64,000 bases of DNA from Mobula hypostoma (Eukaryota). The position numbers were made by a program, and so were the translations under genes. Shown piece after piece: positions 51,948 to 62,183 of the stretch (the stretch's first letter is position 1; every line of letters begins with the position of its first letter). The notes beneath the pieces were generated by a model that did not search any database, had not been told where the DNA came from, and saw only the letters and a program-made list of their open reading frames with translations. The DNA is taken from NCBI RefSeq assembly GCF_963921235.1, contig NC_086108.1:67892001-67956000 (forward strand). The letters are read 5' to 3'.

Positions 51948-52304
51948 CTCAATCAGTAGCTGCTGTTTGATTTTCTCCAAACTGAAGCACTTATCCTGGG
52001 CTGCCTCTGCAGCCTCTGCAGCCTCCTGCAGTCAAGACGTCAGCTTCTTCTCTGACTCCTCCAACTCCCGCCCCAGTCTCAGCAGTTCTGACTCAAGCTT
52101 CGTGGCCATCTCCATCTGGGACACAATTACACCACCAGCTTCTTCCAATCTATTCTGGATCGATTTCTTGAGTTTCTGCTGATCCTTTCGAAGGTTGGTC
52201 ATTGTTTCGTCTCTCTGGATTAATTCATCAGTAAATGACCGCAGTTTCGGATCGGAATTACGTTTCCCCGTCTCCACTTTGATGAGCATGAACCCCAATT
52301 CTTC
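51948..52304 (-). pseudogene. Captured sarcomeric myosin heavy-chain rod fragments (three segments, one frame, one internal TGA)
   Basis: EELGFMLIKVETGKRNSDPKLRSFTDEL..RDETMTNLRKDQ / RLEEAGG...SQMEM..KLESELLRL.RELEES / [36 protein letters not shown] resemble the class II myosin rod motifs [42 protein letters not shown] and [34 protein letters not shown] (recalled, not searched). Confidence 0.8.
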
Positions 52305-52324
52305 AGTGGTTGTCCAGGGCTCCG

Positions 52325-52630
52325 GCGAATCCAAACCCTAGGCGATCATCCCACATACGCCAAAACTCCAAACATCTCCACATCCCCCATGGTCTTCCCC
52401 ACGCCCCGCGAGAAGGTTGCAGGGACTCGAGATATGCCCTGTGGCATCTTTTCGGATCAGAAGAATCCTAGGAGACCTATAACGGCTGTCTTCTCCTTGT
52501 CGGCCTCACTCATCGGGATCTGGCAACATCCACTCCTCAGATCCAGCACATTAAACCACGTCACACCATACAAACAGACCATCGCATCTTCAGCCCTCAG
52601 GGCCGTATTCTGGTCAATTCTGTTCAGAGT
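52325..52630 (-). pseudogene. Gypsy reverse transcriptase N-terminal remnant
   Basis: Manual translation: [59 protein letters not shown]...VLAYV(frameshift)DDRLGFG. Confidence 0.85.
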
Positions 52631-52802
52631 CCTACAATCTCACACCCACACCGCCTACGTCTTCCACGGCTACAGGGTCCAGTCGCCGCGACCTCTCTCT
52701 CACCGAGGTGTCTTCAGTGGTTAACTCCCCTCCCTTGTGGTATTTTGGAGTGTCTACTAAGAGGGTCTCAGCCTCAGATACATCCCCTAGGCTGCACCAC
52801 AA

Positions 52803-53130
52803 TCAGCTCTCGTTTAAATTCAGTACCGGCCCAAGGCTGCTACACACGTCCTCACAAGCAGCTCGAAACATTAGGTGCACAGACAATGCCCCGATGAACT
52901 CCAGTGTCACTGACCAATAATCGTCTTCTGGATAATCACCGGCACTGGTACCCCAAATCTCCAGTGCCCTTAATGTTGTCAAGGGTAAATGCTTCAGAAA
53001 CCAGTTGTAAAACGAACTGTACAACAACTTGACCTGCACCCCAATGTCGAGGATGGCTTTAGCATAGCTTCCATCTATCCGTAATGACACACAGGGGCGT
53101 GGTCCCTCTAAGCCTTCAGGAATAGGGTCT
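52803..53130 (-). pseudogene. Gypsy aspartic protease remnant
   Basis: IPEGLEGP....[22 protein letters not shown]...LKHLPL, with the active-site LD(T/S)G altered to LDIG. Confidence 0.8.
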
Positions 53131-53199
53131 ATTCCTTTCGGCAGTTCCCTGGTACCTTGCTGGGAACGTGCTCCCCCAGAAACCCCAAGCTGTTCCCCC

Positions 53200-53900
53200 A
53201 ATGGGCCTCCACTAAGTTTCCCGACACCTCTCTGATCAGCTGAACAACTGAGGGAGGGGCTGATCCCCTTAAATTATCCCCCTGGCACTGCAAGCAATTT
53301 AGCTGTCCTCCTAGCCAAAGAAGATACACTGAAAGCTTTTCCCCCAATCTCCTGACACAGGTATGGAAAGTCCCCCAGGTGCTGCATTTTACTTCCAGTC
53401 GAACCAGTCGCTTTCAGATAACTGGCAGCTGTCACTACCGGGTAATTGACCCTGACAGTTCTGACAATGTCAACAGCCCGCCTACTCAAACTTTCAACCA
53501 ATCCCTGTCGCTCTCCCTCAACTGAGCACTGCCACTCATCTAACAACTGAGAGATCACCTCCACCCACGTCTCATACTCCTCCGCCCTTTTAGGGGTGGA
53601 CAATATCCCAAAAGCTAGGCGGAGCCTGCCATAGCTGTAACATTTATTCACAGACACTACATCTGAATCAGACCACTCTTTCCTCTCTCTCCCAACAGTA
53701 TGGACAGCCCATGGTTCTGCCTCACCTGGGGCACCAATAGACACTGACAGTCCCACCACCAGCTCGTCAGAGCTAGTCTGAACTCGAACAAAGACCTCCG
53801 AGGCACCAACAGCCACCCCACCCAACACGCATGCAGGAATAACCAGCAATCCTACAGAGACACAGCAGCACTGATTTAAACAGGGCAATCACACAGCACC
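53200..53900 (-). pseudogene. PNMA/Ma-like Gypsy gag remnant
   Basis: Y.RLR..FG...TP...EEYETW......L.EWQCS...RQ.LVESL...A.DIVR is characteristic of PNMA-type capsids. Confidence 0.8.
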
Positions 53901-53912
53901 CCACTGAATCAA

Positions 53913-53931
53913 ATCTCGGACAAAGCCCCGA
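53913..53931 (-). promoter_or_regulatory. Degenerate primer-binding site, tRNA-Pro-like
   Basis: TCGGGGCTTTGTCCGAGAT two bases after the 5' LTR, versus canonical PBS-Pro TGGGGGCTCGTCCGGGAT. Confidence 0.75.
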
Positions 53932-53933
53932 AA

Positions 53934-54656
53934 TGTAGCCCCCTGGTAAGCCTCAGGCTCGCTCAACTCGCTTTCATCTAGGGGGAGCAGCCTTCGGCCC
54001 TGACAAACTGGGTAATCAAGTTTGTGTGCCTGCTGTGTGATGTACCCCACCATGCCAAATAACAGACAATACACCATATGCGATTAAATGATTACACTTT
54101 ATAGATCTTACTGGAACTATGTAATTAATAGAGATAAAATATAAAAGGAAAATAAAAGGCACCAAACTTATCAAAGTTCAACCACTCTGTGCACAACAGT
54201 TGGAGCTCAATTAATGGAGTCTTCTTTCCACCATTCGATCCCCTCTGATCCCCTCGACCCGCTGCCTGGGACCAACCATGGTGGTCAGCCAGACACTCCA
54301 CACTAGTCTGTCTTCGTCTCCTCTCCTCGCCGAAGACCCTGGGCCTTGAACTCCCACTCAGGGTCGGTCCCGCCGCCCAGGGTCACAGCATTACATCTCC
54401 TCTCTTTGTCCCCATCGAGCCTTATGCCCCAAAGCCTGCGAACAATAGCTTACAGACACACAAGAAAGAATACCATCTATCCCAATTGGTTAACAAATGA
54501 ATACAATGCTCTTATCAGTAATATAACCCAAACAAGCAGAGAGAGAAAACTCCTTACATCGCAGTTATTATTACAGAAAAGCCATTTTAATTATAACATA
54601 ACAAAGAAGCCATTTTGTTAGCCTTCACAGTAACATAAAAGAAGAAACCCCTTACA
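53934..54656 (-). repeat. 5' LTR
   Basis: Direct repeat of 50761-51442. Adjacent to the PBS. Confidence 0.95.
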
Positions 54657-55384
54657 GAAACTTCTTTGACAAAAACATTCAAATTCTTTGGTGTAGTTGA
54701 TGAAAGTTTGCCAAATAATCAACAGTTTGATCTCTTATGCATAATACTTCTCTGAATCCTTTGCATTTTCTTCATTTCTAAATGCTTAATTCTTTTTAAA
54801 CATTCAATAAGTTACAACCCCACCCCTCAACTGTGCAGGAAGACCAAAGCAAGAAAAAATATAAATATTCTGGAGTATTCAATAGCACCATAATTTTTTA
54901 TTCAAGTATTGTGTTTTGGAAAAGCATACATTTTGTGTAAATCAACATGCTATGTTAGCATATGTTAACTGAATGTTTTAAAACGGATCATTAATAAAAC
55001 TCTTCTGAGAGTTACCTATGCAAAAAAATATCAGCACTTTATTCAGAACCTACATTTGCACAATCAACCTGGAACTCAATGCCCCCTTTGCAACTGGATT
55101 CTTGACTTCCTGAAAAGAGACGACAATCAGTAAGGATGAGCAGCAATACCTCCACTGTGATTATTCTCAACACTGGTGTACCACACAGCTGCATCTTCAG
55201 CCACCAGCTCCACTCCCAATGCACTTACCAATGGATCTCAAGGGAGACATATATGTACTTTGATAATAAATTTACTTTGACTTTAACTGCATGATGAGAT
55301 TCTACTCGAACTCCATCTACAAGTTTGCAGTTGCTACCACTGTAGTGGGCCGTATCTCAAATAATGATGAGTCAGAGTGCAGGA

Positions 55385-55580
55385 TAAGCCAGCCAAGGGT
55401 GTTGTGGCATCTGCACCAGACTGAGGGGTGAGTGGTCCCCGGTTCAAATCTGGTTGGCTCCTTGCACACTTTTATTCTATGTCGGGTTGAGCATTGAGCT
55501 ACCAACTCGGCCTCGTAATGGACAAACACTAACGAAATGGCAAGGTTGCCACCCGATGCAGCAATGAGGCATGGGAGAAT
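55385..55580 (+). mobile_element. Probable tRNA-derived SINE
   Basis: B-box-like GGTTCAAATC at 55441 with an A-box-like GTTGTGGCATC upstream. Interrupts the Rex1 between GAGTGCAGGA and GAGTACAGGA (possible TSD). Confidence 0.55.
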
Positions 55581-55707
55581 AATTGATTAGAGTACAGGAA
55601 GGAAATAGAGCCTATGACATGGTGTCATGACAACAACATTTCTCTCAACGTCAGCAACACAAAAGAGCTGGTCATTGATTCGGGAAGGGAGCAATGCATA
55701 TGCTAAA

Positions 55708-56035
55708 GATCTGAGACCAGAACTAGGAGACATTGCCTCAAGATTCAGGGGAGAAGATTTAGGATGGAGATGAGGAGAAAATGTTTTTCCCAGAGAGTGG
55801 TGAATCTGTGGAAGTCTCTGCCCAGGAAAGCAGTTGAGGCTTCTTCACTAAATATATTTAAGATACAGTTAGATAGATTTTTACATAGTAGGGGAATTAA
55901 GGGTTATGGGGAAAAGGCAGGTAGATGGAGCTGAGTTTACAGACAGATCAGCCATGATTTTATTGAATGGCGGGGCAGGCTCGATGGGCCGGATGGCCTA
56001 CTCCTGCTCCTATTTCTTATGCTTTTATGTTCTTA
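55708..56035 (+). mobile_element. Young CR1 3' fragment
   Basis: TTTTTCCCAGAGAGTGGTGAATCTGTGG...GGCCTACTCCTGCTCCTATTTCTTATG. Confidence 0.9.
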
Positions 56036-58529
56036 AAAGATATTGCAAAGATTAGCTTTATTTGTCACAGGTACATCAAAACATATAGTGAAATGTTTTG
56101 TTCAACTGTAACTAATTCAGTTTGGACTAAAAAGCCACATGACTTATTCTATATTCAATGGGAAAAAATTATTTCAATCAGAGAAGACAGTTTCCAGACA
56201 AAAAAAAAATTTACTTTCTGATAAAAATAGTCCACTCCTCACCAGAAATAATCTGCTAGCTTTTTTGCTGTGGAGAGTCACATACCTCCTATATACGTCA
56301 ACAATGCTAAGGTAGAGAGAGATGAGAGCTCCAAGTTTCTCGGAGTGAACGACAATAACAGCCTATCCTGGTCCAACCAATTGACACCAAAGACAAGAAA
56401 GCTCACCAACGCCTTTACTTCTTCAGGAGGCTAAAGAAATTTGACATGTCCCCTTTGAATCTTACCAATCTTTATCGACGCACCATAGGAAGTATCCAAT
56501 CTGGATGCATCACAGTCTGGTATGAAAACTGCTCTGCCTGTGACCACAAGAAACTGTAGAGATTTTTAGACACAGCTCAGCACATCACAGAAACCAGCTG
56601 CCGCTCCTGTCCACATTTTTTGCAGCCTTGGTAAAGCAGTCAACATAATCAGAGACCCCACTTCCTATGCAAATGAAAATCAGTGTTTTTATTCTGCAGT
56701 GAAAGCTGATAACAACTACTTTCATGTTATTTTATGTCATTCGGGAAATGTGGTGTGTGTGTTTTTCCATGTGTCTGTTCCATGTGTTCTGTTTGCAGGT
56801 ATAAAGCAAGCCCAGGTCTATACGAAATGAGATAATTCTTGTGTATTGTCTCCTTTCATCAATGCATTTCTACACCTGTGTGATTCAATTGGCTATTTAC
56901 TCTCGTTGCAACTTCTATACTCTGCTGCAAAACACTAAAGACTTTACTAATTCATTCCAAAACTAATTCTAAGCAAGACCTCTACTAAACCATCTCAGCA
57001 CTTAAAACACCTTGAGCAGTGCATATCTAGTCTTCCACAAGTTTTGATAGAAGAATTAGAACTTGAATTAGGTATTGAAGTTTTTACAGCTAGGCATGAG
57101 AACAAAGAAACAAGGAATAGAAGGGTCTGCTACATATATATCTTCTCTCCAAGATCTGTAAGGATCCTGAAACCTTCTCAAACTCTGAGGAGCAATTTAC
57201 AGAAACAGAGGTTTACCAAGATAATTCATAGCAGAGATCAGGAACCTTCTGCAGCCTAAACAGCAGGCTTGTACTCTCGACTTGATTATGCCATTCAAAG
57301 AGAATTTCACTGTCCCACTTAATGTACTGGCCTCAGGATTGTCCTTGGTACTTGAAGCTAGTCTGAAATGACTTCCTTTATTTTTCAATATGTGCTGAAG
57401 ATGAGCAGACCAGATACAGTATGTAGGTATAACAGCAAAGTGGACTTCCCTAAAATTCTGTCCCTCACGACAGTACATGTCCCATCTGGGTTACCCTCAG
57501 AACATGAAACTCCTTATGACTCTCAATGGCTTTTTTCTCTCACACACACAGTTCAGCTTTTAATCAGACAATCCTACTCATGGTCAGTGCACAGTGTTCA
57601 GGAAGATTACATAACTCCTTCCAAGATATCACAGTTACATAAAATACAAAAAGGAGAGTAAGAAAAGATGTCTTAAAATAATTAAGTCAATCATTTATGG
57701 ATCCACTGTGATGGCTGTGCAAAACAAACCTAGATAGATTAACATCAGCTGGGTTATTCAAATCTCAAGGTTAAATGTCCTATAAACAACTCCTTCCATT
57801 AAACATCCTTGCAGATTTTATTCAGCTGTGATAATTAAAGAACCTTGGAATCAAATGACTCAAAGATGTATGGTCAATGCCAACTCTACAGCTAATAGTG
57901 ATCTATTAAAACTTGTCTCTAAGTTCTCTGCTAGAAGTGATACTTTTGCTGAGTATTTATGGCGAAATGTTAATACTGTCAATATGAAACTGCATATCAT
58001 CTATGTCTTCAGAGGATTGGTTAATTAAAGCAGCTTATTCTAAGACTGGCCTGTCTTTGTAGACTTTTTTACCCTCTTGCATCTCAGTGTAAGACACAGA
58101 AAATATCGTCCTCCAAGATATCAGATCCTTGTGCTCAAAAATTTTGGATTTTAGGGGGATCTATTAATCAATCTGCTAAGAGTAGAGACATGACTGTCTC
58201 TTACATCACAGTGCCAGAAAATTCTCTAAACAGAAGGATTAGAAAGTCATTCAGCAGTGGAAGAGAAGCTGTTAGAAGATGCATGGACCAATGGTTTTGA
58301 AGGTTTGATATCTATCTGTCAATGTAGAAAATATGCACCTTAGCATTTTGGGAAATAATTGTGCCCGCCTCCCCTCCATGGCATGCATCGTGGCATCACA
58401 AACTACAGAGCTACATTCGAAGATGTGACCATCTTATCTTTTCTCATGATGAATACAAATGCTTTGATATTTATGTTTCCAAGCAATTTGATTCTTCTTT
58501 ATGCTGAAAGTACAATAACCACATATACT

Positions 58530-58665
58530 GAGACACAAGAGATTCTGCAGAAGCTGAAAACCTTGATCAACACATCCATCAGGACTCAGCCTGAAAGTTG
58601 ACTGTTTATTTCTCTCCGTAGTTGTTGCCTGATCTGCTGAGTTCTCCAGCATCTTGTGTGTTTTG
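58530..58665. mobile_element. Degenerate inverted pair of Penelope-derived elements
   Basis: ACAAGAGATTCTGCAGAAGCTG (minus) and CTCAGCCTGAAAGTTGACTG...CTGCTGAGTTCTCCAGCATC (plus). Confidence 0.65.
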
Positions 58666-59719
58666 AGCCACTTATACTGAGCATGGCTACTCATTGCAAT
58701 GCACAACTTCCCAGTCTGATAAGGAAATTCAAGCTTAATCAAGTGATTTTTTTCCAGTATGAAATGAAATAAAACTTACAAAGATCTCCACATAAATCCT
58801 ATTTTCCTTTGACCCAAATCAATAAGCTGCTACCAGCTAAGACATATTATGTAGCAGACCCCATTGTGTGCACCCACAACATGGTCTTCAATATTCAACT
58901 ACAATGTCAAAGGCTGTGCAAGGGCTTCTTTCTCTCCAAAGCAGGGGAAACAAAAGTGCATTCTGGATGTCCACAATGAGTTATTGCTCGGAAAGTGTAG
59001 GCTTCTGACTACTGCCTTCCAGGAGGAACGGCTGCAGTCATGGACACCTGGCAGATCTGAGAGCATTGCCAAAGAACATGAAATCAGAAGCCATCCAGAA
59101 AGTAATTGGAAGATAGGGATAGCTAGCTATGGGCTAAGGATTGGTAAATGGCTTTCAATTCAGATAAATGTGAGGCATTGCATTTTGAGAGATCAAATCA
59201 AGTTAGGACATACACAGTGAATGGTAGGGCCCTAATAAGTATTATGGAATAGGTGGTCCTAAGAGTGCAAGTGCATCATTCACTCGAAGTAGCATCACAG
59301 GTTACAAACATGGTGAAGGAAGCGCTTGGCATGCTGCATTCATCAGGGTACTGAGTAATATTGCAGTACAAATGTTGATCATCTTTTATGCCACAATATT
59401 ACGTATCAAATCACTAGAAAGAGGTGACAAAGGGTCAGAAGGTGTTGAATCATTGTGGATAGAGTTAAGGAACTACAACAATAGAAAGACCTTGATGGGA
59501 GTTGTACAGGTTTCCCCCGCCATCCGAAGGTACAACGTTCCTATGAAATGGTTCATAAGCCAGAATGTTGTAAAGCGAAAAAGCAATTACCATTTATTTA
59601 TATGGGAAAAGTTTGTGAGCATTCGCAGACCCAAAAGATAACCTACCAAATCATACCAAATAACACATAAAACCTAAAATAACAGTAACATATAGTAAAA
59701 GCAGGAATAATATGATAAA

Positions 59720-60035
59720 TACACAGCCTATATAAAGTAATCATTGCCGCACTGTTCTTGGTAGCGAAAATCTCACAGAAGCTCTCTCGGCAGAAACATT
59801 CTCTCCAGTAACCTTTAAGCTATGAAGCTGCCAAATCATACCAAATAACATGTAAAAATACACAGCCTATATAAAGTAGAAATACTTACCTACAATCATT
59901 GCCGCACTGTTCTCAGTAGCGAAAATCTCACAGAAGCGCTCTCGGCAGAAACACTCTCTCCAGTAACCTTTAACCTATGAAGCTGCCAAATCATACCAAA
60001 TAACACATAAAAATACACAGCCTACATAAAGTAGA
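59720..60035. repeat. Tandem duplication (unit about 140-155 bp, two copies plus partial) inside the Tigger element
   Basis: ACACAGCCTATATAAAGTA...ATCATTGCCGCACTGTT...CCAAATCATACCAAATAACA is repeated. Confidence 0.9.
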
Positions 60036-60139
60036 AATAATGTATGTACAGTGTAGTATCACTTACTGGAATTGGGAAGACAGTGCCGAGCACACTAATG
60101 ATGGTGTGTTAAGCTGAGTCGTCGGAGGTTGGGGTGGTG

Positions 60140-60465
60140 CAGTGGTCCCCAACCTCCAGGCCGCCGACTGATACCGATCCGCGAAGAATGCAGCGGTAGC
60201 CGGGAGGCACACAGCACATCTTTAAGAAAACAGTCGAAATAAACAAGCTAATTAATTAGGTGCCGCCCGGCACGTAAATGTTGGCCTAGATCAGAGGCGA
60301 CGCAATTGGCAATCGCCTCTGATCTGGGCCGACATTTATGTGCTGGCGGCACCTAATTAATTAGCTTGTTTGTTGCGTTTTTTTTCTTAAAGATGTGTTG
60401 GGTGCACCCCGGCTACCGCTGCATTCTCCGCGGCAATGTATCAGTCCGCAGCCCGGGGGTTAGGG
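60140..60465. mobile_element. Foldback hAT/Charlie-like MITE inside the Tigger element
   Basis: Starts CAGTGGTCCCCAACC. Arms of about 150 bp (60147-60300 vs 60313-60465) are imperfect reverse complements. Confidence 0.7.
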
Positions 60466-62050
60466 TGGTGCAGATATCCCACCCTGCAAAAACTCATTTC
60501 AGGCAGGTAGCACCATCAATTTGCGGGAGACTCCCAGTACTTCTGGGAGAGGTGGGATGCCTGCATTCGTTCATTAGCATAGATAACGTTATTTAAACTA
60601 GTTGGCTAGCTGCTAAGGAGCTACTCTATTAGTGGGACACTGGGGTGTCATCCCATCGTCGTCTGTTTCCATCAGGGCAGGGAGGTCATCTTCTTCTATG
60701 TCTGCCTGCCTCGATGTTGAAGGTCAAGGTTCGTCGTCCGCTGTGGCTGATGTGGAAGGATTGAAAAACAACAGTATGCTTAACTGCTTATCCTCGCGCA
60801 TTTTTCTATCATCTCACGCGGTTGCTTCATGTTCAGTTCCTGGACGACTTCACTTTCGGTCCGTTCGCTACTGCATTCAGTTTCGATTGTTATCCTTTCC
60901 TCTTCCAACTGCATCAGCTCTTCATCTATCAGTTCTTGGTCATGGGAAGCCAAAACCTCTTCAATATCATCTTCGTCAACTTCCACAAGCCAAACTCACT
61001 TTGTCCTTACTTCGTTCACCATGATCAAAACGCTTAATTATGTCTAGTTTTATGCTAAGTGTAACACCCTTACAAGATCTTTTAGGCTTTTCCGATACCT
61101 TAGAACTCATCTTGCTAACGGATGCTCAAAATAAATCAACATAAAGCACAGATGCTCACAGGCACGTGTTTATGCAATGCCGGCTAGAATGCAGTTCCGG
61201 GGGAGGAACTTGGCTGCTCAGGGCACGCGACGCACTGCCTTTTATCACGCGCTGCTTTTTTCGCACGCTGCCTTTTCTCGTAACGGTGGAAACACCTTCT
61301 GTTAGCGAAAGTAGGTAACTAATGTAGGTCTTTCATAACTGCAAGGTTTCGTAAAGCGAACGTTCGAAAAGCGGGGGACACCTATATACAGATTTCCAAG
61401 CAGTAGTAAGGACGAAGTCTACAAATTACAATGTGATATAGAAAATGCATGCCTAAAGGGCAATGTTACAACAGTCATGGGGGATTTCAATATGCTGGTA
61501 GATTGGTAAAATCAGGTTGGTACTGGATTCGAGGAGGGGGAGTTTCTAGAGTGCTTGCAAGTTGGCTTTTTAAAGCAACTCGTGCTTGAGCCCAGTAAGG
61601 GATGAGCTATTCTGGACTGGGTGTTGTGTACTGAAACGGAATTGATTAGAGAGCTTAAGGTAAAAGAACCCTAAGTGGCAAGTGATCATAATATGACAGA
61701 ATTCACCTTGAAATTTGAGAAGGAGAAGCTGATGTCTGATATATCAATATTACAGAGGATTAAAGGGAATTACACAGGCATGAGAAAGGAGTTGACCAGA
61801 ATTGATTGGAAAAGAACACTGGCAGGGATGACGGCAGAGCAACAATGACTGGAATTTTTGGAAGCAATTCAGAAGGTACAGGATATATACATCTCAAAGA
61901 AGAAGAAGGAAAGATGACACAACCGTGGCTAACAAGAGAAGTCAAAGCCAACATAAAAGTCAAATATATATTAGATCAAAAATTAGTGAGAAGTTAGAGG
62001 ATTGGGAAGCTTTTAAAAACTAACAGAAAGCAATTAAAAAGGTCATTCGA

Positions 62051-62183
62051 TCACAAACAAGAGAAAATCTGCAGTTGCTGGAAATCCAAACAATACCCAC
62101 AAAAAGCTGGAGGAATTCAGCAGGCCAGGCAGCATCTATGGAAAAGGGTGTAGTTAAGGTTTCGGGCCGAGACCCTTCAGCAG
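62051..62183 (-). mobile_element. Penelope-derived short element
   Basis: Minus strand CTGCTGAAGGGTCTCGGCCCGAAACC...CCTGGCCTGCTGAATTCCTCCAGC...GCAGATTTTCTCTTGTTTGT. Confidence 0.8.

Larger units (their letters stand above)
50761..54656 (-). mobile_element. Non-autonomous Gypsy LTR retrotransposon (3896 bp) with captured myosin-rod sequence
   Basis: Two similar LTRs (50761-51442 and 53934-54656) with TG...CA ends. 4-bp TSD GAAA at 50757-50760 and 54657-54660. PPT, PBS and gag/PR/partial RT remnants present. Confidence 0.95.
55040..56665 (+). mobile_element. Old Rex1 LINE fragmented by several later insertions
   Basis: TGCAACTGGATTCTTGACTTCC, CTACAAGTTTGCAG and TGTCATGACAACAAC up to about 55700. 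Resumes at about 56275 (AAGTTTCTCGGAGTGAAC...CAAGAAAGCTCACCAACGCC). Confidence 0.8.
59507..61384 (-). mobile_element. Internally deleted Tigger/pogo-family DNA transposon
   Basis: TA TSD. TIRs CAGGTTTCCCCCGC...GCGGGGGACACCTA. Minus ATG at 61110 gives MSSKVSEKPKRSCKGVTLSIKLDIIKRFDHGE (CENP-B-type HTH start), joined to the acidic C-terminal EVDEDDIEEVLASH..EL.DEELM.LE. No DDD core. Confidence 0.88.

Noticed and set aside
51838..52182. Ser/Ala-rich plus-strand ORF
   Set aside because: Antisense shadow of the Glu-rich myosin-like frame.
52353..52376. DVWSFGVC, resembling protein-kinase subdomain IX, in a minus-strand frame
   Set aside because: It overlaps the Gypsy RT remnant read in another frame, and no other kinase motifs are nearby. 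Treated as coincidence.
50689..54077. Duplicated ORFs MVYCLLFGMVGY... (50689-50904 and 53889-54077)
   Set aside because: They are the two LTR copies, not duplicated genes.
59640..60040. Repeated CCAAATCATACCAAATAACA units as a CRISPR-like array
   Set aside because: The intervening sequences are themselves duplicated, the context is a eukaryotic transposon, and no cas genes are present.
60632..61047. Ser-rich plus-strand ORFs
   Set aside because: Antisense shadow of the acidic Tigger transposase C-terminus.
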